In this document: positions 35,388-44,508 of the stretch, one piece after another
Position numbering within the stretch: the first letter of the stretch is position 1
How the letters are laid out: every line of letters begins with the position of its first letter
Origin: Pyrodictiaceae archaeon
GTDB lineage: Archaea; Thermoproteota; Thermoprotei_A; Sulfolobales; WANQ01
Assembly (NCBI GenBank): GCA_015521735.1
Contig: WANQ01000041.1
Span: 17,347-81,346, forward strand
Reading direction: 5' to 3'
Length of the DNA stretch: 64,000 nucleotides
Position numbers and translations under genes: made by a program
The notes under the pieces: generated by a model
Seen by the model: the letters and a program-made list of their open reading frames with translations, nothing else
The model's database searches: none
Told to the model about the DNA's origin: nothing

Positions 35388-35397
35388 CCTACTCTAA

Positions 35398-35470
35398 CTG
35401 AGCCGTATCTTTGAGTCGGCTGGCTGCGGCCTTCCCCATAACCCTTTATTGTCGGTGGCCGTGAGTTTTC
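35398..35470 (+). repeat. GC-rich intergenic element, family copy B (weaker structure)
   Basis: Lies between convergent gene ends. Shares TGAGCCGT (35399-35406), GCGGCCTT (35426-35433) and GCCGTGA (35458-35464) with copy A. Short stems AGCCG/CGGCT and CGGCC/GGCCG. Confidence 0.3.
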
Positions 35471-35490
35471 CTCATACCCTATTCTTTACA

Positions 35491-36228
35491 TTATTGTTTC
35501 TCGTATTTTCTCTTTTTCTCCTCATATTCTTCTCTAGTCATTACTGGTTTTGCTGGTGAACCCATTACTACGGTTCTAGGTGGTACATTTCTTGTTACTA
35601 TTGATCCAGCAGCTACTACTGCTTCTTCTCCAACTTCTACTCCTGCTATTAGTACGGTGTTTGCTCCTATTACTGCTCCCTTCCTTATAACTACTCCTAC
35701 TAGTCGTTTACTAACTGGATACTTATCATTGGTTACTACTACTCTTGGCCCTAGGAATACGTTGTCTTCTATAATGGTTTTTGGTGGTATGTATACGCCA
35801 CTCTCAATTCTAACATTGTTTCCTATTACTGTGTATCCATCTATTATCGTACCAGTACCTACTATGGTGTTTGACCCAATTCTTGTCTCCTCTCTTATCA
35901 ACACGTTATGCCCTGTCTCTACATTATCACCTATTACAGAGTTCTCGTATATTGTTGTAAATGGTCTTATTATTGTGTTCTTCCCAATAAGTGCTCCCTT
36001 GCTCTCATTATCAAGTAGTGATAGTACGGGGTGTTTGGGGGGATTGAGTAGTAGTTTACGTAGTGTTCTCCTCTTAGGAAATCCTATTACAACATAGTCT
36101 CCTATGAATGTGTTTTCACCTATAACTGTTTCCCCAAGGATTACTGTGTTTGGTGAAACTAGGCTGTTATCAGCAATTCTTGCACGTGGTGAAATGTATG
36201 TCAAGTCTAATACACCGTGTAAGTGCAT
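35491..36228 (-). CDS. Left-handed beta-helix (hexapeptide-repeat) acyltransferase
   Basis: Long run of hexapeptide repeats (IGDNVETGHNVLIREETRIGSNTIVGTGTIIDGYTVIGNNVRIESGVYI...). Confidence 0.8.
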   Translation of the reverse strand: MHLHGVLDLTYISPRARIADNSLVSPNTVILGETVIGENTFIGDYVVIGFPKRRTLRKLLLNPPKHPVLSLLDNESKGALIGKNTIIRPFTTIYENSVIGDNVETGHNVLIREETRIGSNTIVGTGTIIDGYTVIGNNVRIESGVYIPPKTIIEDNVFLGPRVVVTNDKYPVSKRLVGVVIRKGAVIGANTVLIAGVEVGEEAVVAAGSIVTRNVPPRTVVMGSPAKPVMTREEYEEKKRKYEKQ

Positions 36229-36308
36229 GCTACTACTAGATTATATTTCTACCCTTTTAAGCACATAGAGTATATATACTCTGGAGTAGGCTACTCTAGA
36301 GTAGGCTG

Positions 36309-37763
36309 ATGCAGAGTATGCACTTATTCGTTAACCGTGAACTAGAGCTAAGACTACTAGAAGAACTTTGGAGGAGAAATAACGCGGTAATGGTTATCGT
36401 GTATGGTAGGAGGAGAATCGGTAAAACACTATTACTTAAAAAATTTATTGAAGGTAAGAGAGGGGTCTACTTACTAGCTGAGGAAGTTGAAGAAAGGGAG
36501 CTTATGAGGGAGTTTAGTGAAAGAATAGCTGAATCACTAAACATACCAGTACTTAAAATGAACCCTATAGATTCATGGCGTAAACTGTTAAGACTACTCT
36601 CAAGTATTTCTAGGGATGAGAGAACTATTGTAGTAATAGACGAGTTCCAGTATGCGGCTCGTAGTATACGTGGACTATTATCAACACTACAAGCTATATG
36701 GGATGAAGAACTCTCTAAGACAAAGATAATGCTAGTACTATGTGGGTCAATAGTATCGTTTGTAGAGGATAAAGTATTATCGGAAAAAGCACCGCTCTAC
36801 GGAAGGGTAACAAGCATACTAAGAATAGAGGAGTTGTCGCCACTATACATACCAGCATTTGCACCACAATGGAGTAGTGAAGACCATGTAAGACTATACA
36901 CTGTTTTCGGAGGAGTACCAGGATACCTATCATCAATAAACTACGAGGAAAACCTATGGGATAACATTAAAAGCCTAGTACTAAGGAAAAATGCACCATA
37001 CTTTGATGAAGCAAAGAAAATCCTGAGAGAAGAGGTAAGAGAAGTATCAAGATACTACTCTATACTAGAAGCAGTAGCAAATGGTGCAACAAGTTTTAGC
37101 GAAATAATAAACGCTACAGGTATACCTAGGGAATCACTATACAAGTACATTCAAGTACTAGTGGAAATGAATGTACTAGAAAAACAGTTACCAGTACTAG
37201 GGAAAGCAAAACCAGTATATAGGATAAGAGATAAATTCCTCCAATTCTGGTTTCGCTACAATGCAAGATATCGTACAGCACTAGAGCTAGAATTAGAAGA
37301 TAAAGTGCTCCAACACGTAAGAATAGACCTTGACAAATCACTTGTACCCATAGTATGGGAGGAAATTGTAAGACACATAGTATCCTACATGGCAAAACTA
37401 AACATAATAGACATAACACCAACAAAAATAGGTAAATGGTGGCATAAAGGAGAAGAAATAGACATACTAGTAGTAGACGAGATAACACGTAAACTAATTG
37501 TAGGTGAAGCTAAGTGGAGTAAGCTCTCACTAAGCGAAGCTAGGAAAATAGCCTATAAACTAGAAGAACTAGTAGACAAAATACCCTTCAAATCAAAAGA
37601 AGTAACAATACTAGTAGCAGCCAGAGAAATAGAGTTACAAGATAAACTCAAAGACGAAAACATACTAGTAATAACACTTAACACCTATAGAGAACTATCA
37701 ACAAGAATACTACGTGAAAGCAGTCTTAGAAAACACCAAGGAGAAATGCAAGCAATCCAGTAA
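36309..37763 (+). CDS. Archaeal ATPase (COG1672, Arch_ATPase + DUF234) with C-terminal PD-(D/E)xK-like module
   Basis: FVNRELELRLLEEL, Walker A YGRRRIGKT, Walker B VVIDEFQY, wHTH region, and C-terminal GKWWHKGEEIDILVVDE...LIVGEAKWSK (D...ExK nuclease-like motif). Confidence 0.8.
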   Translation: MQSMHLFVNRELELRLLEELWRRNNAVMVIVYGRRRIGKTLLLKKFIEGKRGVYLLAEEVEERELMREFSERIAESLNIPVLKMNPIDSWRKLLRLLSSISRDERTIVVIDEFQYAARSIRGLLSTLQAIWDEELSKTKIMLVLCGSIVSFVEDKVLSEKAPLYGRVTSILRIEELSPLYIPAFAPQWSSEDHVRLYTVFGGVPGYLSSINYEENLWDNIKSLVLRKNAPYFDEAKKILREEVREVSRYYSILEAVANGATSFSEIINATGIPRESLYKYIQVLVEMNVLEKQLPVLGKAKPVYRIRDKFLQFWFRYNARYRTALELELEDKVLQHVRIDLDKSLVPIVWEEIVRHIVSYMAKLNIIDITPTKIGKWWHKGEEIDILVVDEITRKLIVGEAKWSKLSLSEARKIAYKLEELVDKIPFKSKEVTILVAAREIELQDKLKDENILVITLNTYRELSTRILRESSLRKHQGEMQAIQ

Positions 37764-38568
37764 GCAATGGTACTTTAAGAATCCTCGTAGCCTTAAACGC
37801 ATTACCGTAATCTCTACCAACAATAAGTATAGAGTATAGTACTGGTACATCAACTCCAAGCACTGCTAACACAATATAGAACTCATTATACCCGTATAGA
37901 AGATACGGTATAGGGCTAATACCTATAACCAGCAATAACAATATAGTACCTATGATATAGGCGGTTTTTACACCAAGAACAACTGCAATAGTATTAACAC
38001 CATACCTTCTATCACCCTCAACATCCTCAATACCCTTATAGACCTCCCTACCAAGGATTAAGAGGAAAGCATAAAGACTAGGAATAATGCTTGGCCACGG
38101 GTTAGGAGAAGCTAGCCCACCATAAAGAATATTCAATCCCGATAAACCAGCTATAACCAGGTTACCTAGTACACCAGTCTTCTTAATCCACCTAGAATAC
38201 TCATACAAGAGTACACTAGCAATAAATGCTACAATAGGGCAAGGCCATGGCAATAGTATGCTAAGTAGGACACCAGTAACCATAAACCCTATTGAAGCAC
38301 GGTGAGCAGTAGCAGGAGATACAATACCACTAGGAATAGGTCTCCAAGGCTTATTTACAGCATCAATAAACCTATCAAAATAGTCGTTAACAACATTTCC
38401 ACCAGCACCAATAAGAAAAGCTGTTAACGCAGCTATAGCTAGAGTAGAAAGATCCCTACCACCACCACTAACATAACCTACAACAACAGCTAATGCGATC
38501 ATAGAAGCATTACCAATACGCACAAGCGAAAGCCAAGCCCTTAAACTCCTCCCCAACACCCCACCCAA
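37726..38568 (-). CDS. UbiA-family prenyltransferase, DGGGP-synthase-like
   Basis: NVVNDYFDRFIDAVNKPWRPIPSG (NxxxDxxxD motif), second Asp-rich region YKGIEDVEGDR, 8-9 TM segments. Confidence 0.85.
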   Translation of the reverse strand: MGGVLGRSLRAWLSLVRIGNASMIALAVVVGYVSGGGRDLSTLAIAALTAFLIGAGGNVVNDYFDRFIDAVNKPWRPIPSGIVSPATAHRASIGFMVTGVLLSILLPWPCPIVAFIASVLLYEYSRWIKKTGVLGNLVIAGLSGLNILYGGLASPNPWPSIIPSLYAFLLILGREVYKGIEDVEGDRRYGVNTIAVVLGVKTAYIIGTILLLLVIGISPIPYLLYGYNEFYIVLAVLGVDVPVLYSILIVGRDYGNAFKATRILKVPLLTGLLAFLLGVF

Positions 38569-38652
38569 CCCCGCTATATGAATAAGACATAAACTAATAA
38601 ATACTCTCCCATAACCTCTAGCCCCCAGGCATGTATGTAGGGCAACTAAGCC

Positions 38653-41289
38653 ATGGACAAAGACAAAGGATACATAGTACTAATACCCCATACACACTGG
38701 GATCTCCAATGGTATTTATCTAGAAGCGAACTACAAGAATACCTCAGTAGACAGGTAAAATACTTAGTAAGCATACTAGAAGAGAAGAAAATACCCGTAT
38801 TCGTATTTGACGGACAAGTAGCACCAATACTAGAATTCCTGGAAACACACCCAGAATACCATAAGGTAATATCAAGTCTCATAGCTAAAGGAGCGCTAGA
38901 AGTAGGCCCATGGTATACACAACCAGATACATTCCTAGTAAACGGTGAATCCCTAATACGCAACCTAGTACTAGGCATAATACTATCAGAGAACCTTGGC
39001 TCAAAACCACCAATGATAGCATACCTACCCGACAGCTTTGGACTAACACCACAACTACCAGAAATACTATCCAAGGCAAACATAAACATAATAGTATTCG
39101 AGAGAGGTATGTGCCATGAACTAGAAAAAGGATTAGACTTCAAATGGACTAGCCCCAGTGGTAGAACAATACTAGCATACTATTTACTAAAAGGCTACTG
39201 TGGAGCAAGCTTCATAGGCTGTACTGAGGAAGCAAAAGTATACTCAACATGGACTACAAGCATCATTGAAGAAAAACCAGTCTACACACTAAGCTTCTTT
39301 AACCAAGACAAAATAGGATTCAATGAAGAAAAAGCAGTCACAGATACAGAGAAATTCCTAAGCGAACTAGAAGAATACTACAAACTCAAAGTAATAGTAA
39401 TGCCTATGGGCTGTGACCAATATATACCTAGAATGGACGTAGTAGAAGGACTAAAAACAATAATAGAAGCAATAGGAAAACTAGGGTACAAACCCATAAT
39501 TGGAGGATTAAGAGTACTTAAAGAACAATTAGAGAAAACCGATTGGAGTAAACTATACGAATATGTAGGAGAACTTAGATGCGCAAAATACCGTAACGTT
39601 CTATGGGGTACAGCTTCAACTAGAATAACGATAAAGCAGCTTAGCTTTAAACTAGAACAACTATTACAGAAAATACTAGAACCATTACTAGTTATAGGGC
39701 TAATTCTAGGAGTAAGCTATGAACATAACCTACACCGTAATGTATGGCTAAAACTACTTAGATCACAATTCCACGATGCAATATGTGGTACTGTAACAGA
39801 TCATGTAGCACGTAGAATAGAAAACGAGTTAGAAGAAGGATTAGAAACAACAAGATACATAGCATACCATACACTTGCAAACATAGTCAGGAAAGCAGAT
39901 ATAGTAGAAGACACCATAATAGTATACAACCCCCTACCCTATAGTACGTGGAATACAGTAAAACTACTACTACCAGCAAACACTGAGTGGAAAAGCATAG
40001 TAGTAGAAGGCAGTATTAGGCCCCTGGAAAAAACCAAAACACTTGAAACAATAAGCATGGCCGAATACACCTACACATACAATCACAAACCATTATCCAT
40101 AACAACAGCTAAGCCATTACCAAAAGAGTACAAGTTAGATACAGGTGTAGGTGCGAGAAACAACAGTATATGGAACCAGTACATTGAAGTAGTAGTAGAC
40201 AAGGAAAACTCAGCCATAATAGTACGTGATAAACGTACAGGTTTCGAAGTACCCATAGACATAGTAGACTATGGAGACTATGGTGACGTCTACGACTACA
40301 ATGAACCAGAAAACAACGACACAATTGAATGGAGCAAAGAACACATAGACACAGTTACAACCTCACATGGTAGTGTAGTAGCTAAAGCCATAGTTAAAGG
40401 CAAACTACTATTACCTAAAACAAGTAATGCTAAATCCAGATCCAAAGAACTAGTAGAAAACCCATATACCCTTGAACTACTATTATACGATCAAGTACCA
40501 AGACTAGAACTAGTACTTAGAATTAAGAACAACTCTGCAAACCATGTGCTAAGACTAAGAATACCACGTAGCAAAGACGTAGAAGTATACGGTAATAAAG
40601 CGTTCATGGTGGAAAAACTAGACGTTAAACCCATTGAAAAAATAGGCCCCGAAGTAGAGCCTTTAAACCATGTAGTAGAGTCTTGGATAGCACTTAAAAG
40701 TCCTAAAGGAGGAATAGCAATAGCATTAAACGGCCTACACGAAGTCTTCGTAAAAGAAGACTATATCGAGATAACACTCTACCGTAGCACTGGATGGCTC
40801 TCAAGAAGTGATCTAAAGACTAGGAAAGGCCATGCAGGACCACCAATACCAACACCAGAAGCACAATACCTAGGCAAGGAACTAGTATTCAATATAGCGT
40901 TAACGCCCTTCACACCTAGTGAATGGATAAATAAAGAGTTCTCAGCATACATAGAAGCATTCTATAGAAAACCAGTTACATTATACAATAACTTCCACAA
41001 AGGCAGTAGACATAGCTTAACCATAGAACTACTAGAACTACCACCCCAAATAATGCTATCAGCACTAAAACCCCGTGAACCTGAAAGAGGCAACGGTGTA
41101 GTGCTTAGAGTAGCTAACCCATGGAATAAGCCTATTAGCATTGACTTAAGCAAAAACGCTGTCACAAATAAGTATGGGTTACCTAGAAAAGCCTCAATAG
41201 ACGAGAACACTGTTAACGAAGAAGTAGGTGTACTAGAACTTAAACCCTATAGTATTGAGACACTAGTTTATAGTGGAATGAGGAAATGA
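38653..41289 (+). CDS. GH38 alpha-mannosidase
   Basis: N-terminal VLIPHTHWDLQWY, GPWYTQPD, AYLPDSFG, central QFHDAICGT. The 878-aa length is typical of prokaryotic GH38 enzymes. Confidence 0.85.
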   Translation: MDKDKGYIVLIPHTHWDLQWYLSRSELQEYLSRQVKYLVSILEEKKIPVFVFDGQVAPILEFLETHPEYHKVISSLIAKGALEVGPWYTQPDTFLVNGESLIRNLVLGIILSENLGSKPPMIAYLPDSFGLTPQLPEILSKANINIIVFERGMCHELEKGLDFKWTSPSGRTILAYYLLKGYCGASFIGCTEEAKVYSTWTTSIIEEKPVYTLSFFNQDKIGFNEEKAVTDTEKFLSELEEYYKLKVIVMPMGCDQYIPRMDVVEGLKTIIEAIGKLGYKPIIGGLRVLKEQLEKTDWSKLYEYVGELRCAKYRNVLWGTASTRITIKQLSFKLEQLLQKILEPLLVIGLILGVSYEHNLHRNVWLKLLRSQFHDAICGTVTDHVARRIENELEEGLETTRYIAYHTLANIVRKADIVEDTIIVYNPLPYSTWNTVKLLLPANTEWKSIVVEGSIRPLEKTKTLETISMAEYTYTYNHKPLSITTAKPLPKEYKLDTGVGARNNSIWNQYIEVVVDKENSAIIVRDKRTGFEVPIDIVDYGDYGDVYDYNEPENNDTIEWSKEHIDTVTTSHGSVVAKAIVKGKLLLPKTSNAKSRSKELVENPYTLELLLYDQVPRLELVLRIKNNSANHVLRLRIPRSKDVEVYGNKAFMVEKLDVKPIEKIGPEVEPLNHVVESWIALKSPKGGIAIALNGLHEVFVKEDYIEITLYRSTGWLSRSDLKTRKGHAGPPIPTPEAQYLGKELVFNIALTPFTPSEWINKEFSAYIEAFYRKPVTLYNNFHKGSRHSLTIELLELPPQIMLSALKPREPERGNGVVLRVANPWNKPISIDLSKNAVTNKYGLPRKASIDENTVNEEVGVLELKPYSIETLVYSGMRK

Positions 41290-42641
41290 CTAGAATAGTA
41301 TTCAAGTGCACTGGTTGCGGAAGAGAATACACTATACCAATGCTAAGATGCAGTAAATGCAATAGCCTACTAGAAGTAGTCGCAGATAAGAAGTGGAGTC
41401 CAAGAAGAAACACCTATAACATCTGGCGCTACGAGACAATGCTACCAAAACTAAATTACAAGTTTAGTTTAGGCGAGGGATGGACGCCAGTAATAGAGAG
41501 TAAATGGTATTCACGTCTACTTGGACTAAGAATACTATTCAAGGATGAATCAAGGAATCCTACTGGTAGCGTATTTGATAGATCCTCGGCTATTATCTCA
41601 AGCTACATATTAAGCACCAAGACTAGGCATAGAACAGTAGTTGTAGCAAGTGATGGAAATATGGGTGCTAGCCTACTAGCATATCTAGCGAATACAGGGA
41701 TAGAAGTTAAAGTAATTGTACCTAGAACAGTTGATGAAGGAAAGAAAGCCCAAATGAAACTCTACGGAGGCCATATAATAGAGTATGGAGACGTATTAGA
41801 TGAAGCAGTAGACTATGCAGTAAAACTTAGCCTAGAAAAGCACTACTATAATGCAACAGTAGAATACAACCCCCTAGCCAGAATAGCTCTAAGAACCATA
41901 GCATACGAGTTATACGAGCAAGCTGGTAAGCCTAACACAATAGTACTACCAGCAGCATCAGGTACAACAGCGTATGCTGTCTACAAGGGCTTCCAAGACC
42001 TAGTAGAACTAGGATTAATAGACAACACCCCAAGAATAATAGTAGTCCAAACACCACCATACCCAAGCATAGCATCACTAATAGAAAGCGTAAGCCTACC
42101 CTACACATCTACTCAGAGCATACCAGGTCTAACATATAGGCAACCACCACTAGGAAGCGAAGTAGCAAGAATAGTTAAGAAGACAAGTGGTGAAGCAATA
42201 GTAGTATCAGTTGAAGAAGTATATGAATCAGCTATACAACTTGCTAGAAAAGAAGGCTTACTAGTAGAACCAGCAAGTGCAGCAGTAATCGCAGGTCTAC
42301 ATAAAGCAAAGAAGCTAGAAGAACCAGTAGTAGCATTGCTAACAGGTTCAGGGCTTAAAATGCTAGCATCATACATTGAGCGTCGAAGAGGTAAGAGCAT
42401 ATACCATGTACCAACAAAGACAATGATATTGAGGATTATAGGAGAGGAAGAAGAAATACATGGATACGCTATATGGAGAAAGCTTTCAGGAAGAATAACT
42501 CCTCAAACAGTATACCAGCACCTATCAGAACTAAAGGAAATGGGCCTTGTAGAAGTAGAAGTAAAGAATAGAAGAAAGGTTTACAGGCTAACAAGTAAAG
42601 GTAAACAATTATTAGAAGTACTAAGTAGTCTTGAAACATAG
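41286..42641 (+). CDS. Threonine-synthase-fold (PLP fold type II) protein lacking the Schiff-base lysine, fused to a C-terminal PadR/MarR-like wHTH
   Basis: N-terminal Zn ribbon CTGCG...CSKCN and FSLGEGWTPVIE. NPTGSVFDRS replaces the canonical NPTGSFKDRG, ASDGNMGAS is retained, and the Gly-rich phosphate loop is replaced by AASGTT. C-terminal HGYAIWRKLSGRITPQTVYQHLSELKEMGLVEVEVKNRRKVYRLTSKG. ATGA overlap with the GH38 stop. Confidence 0.7.
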   Translation: MTRIVFKCTGCGREYTIPMLRCSKCNSLLEVVADKKWSPRRNTYNIWRYETMLPKLNYKFSLGEGWTPVIESKWYSRLLGLRILFKDESRNPTGSVFDRSSAIISSYILSTKTRHRTVVVASDGNMGASLLAYLANTGIEVKVIVPRTVDEGKKAQMKLYGGHIIEYGDVLDEAVDYAVKLSLEKHYYNATVEYNPLARIALRTIAYELYEQAGKPNTIVLPAASGTTAYAVYKGFQDLVELGLIDNTPRIIVVQTPPYPSIASLIESVSLPYTSTQSIPGLTYRQPPLGSEVARIVKKTSGEAIVVSVEEVYESAIQLARKEGLLVEPASAAVIAGLHKAKKLEEPVVALLTGSGLKMLASYIERRRGKSIYHVPTKTMILRIIGEEEEIHGYAIWRKLSGRITPQTVYQHLSELKEMGLVEVEVKNRRKVYRLTSKGKQLLEVLSSLET

Positions 42642-42680
42642 TACTAGAACGAGAAGACCTAACAACTCACCTCCAATACA

Positions 42681-43295
42681 ATGAGGGGCTATGTATTGGG
42701 GGATAGGATTAGCCAAGTATTATTTGAGGTTAAACGTAAGAGCATACACGTTATACCAGGATTTGCTGCAATACCTATAGTTGTATGGCTTGGTAAACAT
42801 GTAGCAATACCAATAGCAGTATTCTTTCTAGCACTATACACGTTAAATGAACTATATCTTAAAGGAATAGTAAAGTTCAAGGCACCAATAGCTTATCAAA
42901 CCTATCGTATAATGGCGCGTAGAGAAGAAGTAGAGAAGAGGTATTTTACTGGAACAATATATTTCTGGACAATGACGGTAGCAGTAATAGTACTATTAGA
43001 GCCAGTTAAAGCAGCAGCAACTGTAATGGTTTCAAGTCTAGGTGATGCTGCAGCCGCTATAACAGGTAAGGCTTTCCCTAATCCACGTAACCCATTGAAT
43101 AGAGGTAAGAGTATAGCTGGCTCTATAGCAATGTTCGCAGTATCACTACTATCATGTATTGTAGCAGGAATAAGTGTTAAGACATCACTCATAGTAGCAC
43201 TATTAGCTACTGTAACTGAAGCATTAACCACCATATCTGTTCTCGACGAGTTAACTGTACCAGTAGTTACAGCAACTACTCTATGGCTTCTCTAA
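42681..43295 (+). CDS. Dolichol/polyprenol kinase-like membrane protein (COG0170, CTP-dependent kinase family)
   Basis: EVKRKSIHV near the N-terminus, SSLGDAAAAITGKAF...RGKSIAGSIAMF, and the C-terminal LDELTVP pattern of the family. About 6 TM segments. Confidence 0.55.
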   Translation: MRGYVLGDRISQVLFEVKRKSIHVIPGFAAIPIVVWLGKHVAIPIAVFFLALYTLNELYLKGIVKFKAPIAYQTYRIMARREEVEKRYFTGTIYFWTMTVAVIVLLEPVKAAATVMVSSLGDAAAAITGKAFPNPRNPLNRGKSIAGSIAMFAVSLLSCIVAGISVKTSLIVALLATVTEALTTISVLDELTVPVVTATTLWLL

Positions 43296-44287
43296 GTTCT
43301 CGGCCTAAAACTCACTACCTGCTTAGTAAACTCGAATACCATGGAACCATACACTGTCTGCTTAGACATCCTTATACTAGTCTCATATACTGTTACTGGA
43401 ACACCATTACTACTCACAATATAGGTTATAGACCCTATACTAGTACTATTCGATAGTATCTTGTACCTTATCAAATAGAATTTCCTACCATTGAATTCCT
43501 CCTCATCTATTGAATCCACTTTAAGGTTTATAGAATACTCTCCAAAATCCATAGTCGTAGTCATACCAGCTATAGTTACATTAGCTTTCCTTAACTCATA
43601 GTTTAAGGATAACATAACAGACGGTGTACTAGAATTATTTATGAAAACCACTACCTTAACAGGTCTATACTCTTTATCGAAGAACACTATTGTCTTAAAG
43701 TACTCTAAGTAGCTAGAATTACCTACACTACCATTAAATACGCCATTAAACATCATTTCTAGGTAATCTTCTCTAACAGCTACATCACCCTTAACTACTA
43801 GTTTAGCAGTACTAGACCTATTACCACTAACTCTAGCCATATCAACGTAGTAGTCTAGTTCATAGTCATAGTATTTAGAGCCATTAATCTCCTTAACTCC
43901 TGTAAACTCCAATACACCCTTACCACTACTATTACTCTTTGCAGTAAATGTTGTATTCCCTAATGGTGCAGTATAAATTGTGTACGAGGACATTTTCTCG
44001 CTTAGCGAGTCCAAAAGCATTATCCCAGGAGTCGGAATACTTAGTACAGGCATAAGTGATGGAACAACGTATGTTGAGGGCACTCTAGTGCTAACAGCTT
44101 CCAAGCTCATGAAGTAAAGGAATCCTCTAATAGTATCAGCAAGCTTCCTAGCATATTCTTCGTTTACTTCAACTTCTCCACCTGTATTAAAGCTAGGTAA
44201 TTGAATATACCTTATAGCTAAACCAGCTAAAACACCTGCAACTAGTATAAACACATACAATACTATCCTAATCTTACCCCTAGCCAA
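43292..44287 (-). CDS. Membrane-anchored extracellular protein (331 aa), sequon-rich
   Basis: N-terminal anchor IRIVLYVFILVAGVLAGLAI, then a beta-rich ectodomain with multiple N-x-S/T sequons (NTT, NSS, NGS, NRS, NGS, NSS, NSS, NVT, NST). Confidence 0.55.
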   Translation of the reverse strand: MARGKIRIVLYVFILVAGVLAGLAIRYIQLPSFNTGGEVEVNEEYARKLADTIRGFLYFMSLEAVSTRVPSTYVVPSLMPVLSIPTPGIMLLDSLSEKMSSYTIYTAPLGNTTFTAKSNSSGKGVLEFTGVKEINGSKYYDYELDYYVDMARVSGNRSSTAKLVVKGDVAVREDYLEMMFNGVFNGSVGNSSYLEYFKTIVFFDKEYRPVKVVVFINNSSTPSVMLSLNYELRKANVTIAGMTTTMDFGEYSINLKVDSIDEEEFNGRKFYLIRYKILSNSTSIGSITYIVSSNGVPVTVYETSIRMSKQTVYGSMVFEFTKQVVSFRPRT

Positions 44288-44508
44288 GACCTCTTAACAC
44301 CACATTGCATAAAGTAATCAAGTCACCATATATGATGAATTCACGGTGGTATTAAAGTACTTCCCTAACCACAAGTTAACCATAAAGGCACCTGATAGTC
44401 TACTTGATTACTCTAATAGAATTGCTGTAGAACTTTTATACACTTACCTTATATTGTAGCTGTTCAGCATAATAGAATAACTGGCTAATATGTAGGTGTA
44501 CTAAACTA

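Noticed and set aside
36715-37488. Minus-strand ORFs 36715-36936 and 37126-37488 inside the COG1672 ATPase gene
   Set aside because: Leu/Cys/Val-rich shadow frames antisense to a gene with Walker A/B and DUF234 motifs.
37726-37763. 38-nt convergent overlap of the COG1672 ATPase and UbiA genes as a regulatory antisense arrangement
   Set aside because: The ATPase C-terminal tail (..SLRKHQGEMQAIQ) looks like a non-conserved read-through to the first available stop. The overlap is most simply explained by compact gene packing.
38646-39143. 165-aa minus-strand ORF (and 38885-39079) overlapping the 5' end of the GH38 gene
   Set aside because: Antisense to a gene with clear GH38 motifs (IPHTHWDLQWY), and the translation is Ser/Cys-rich with no recognisable features.
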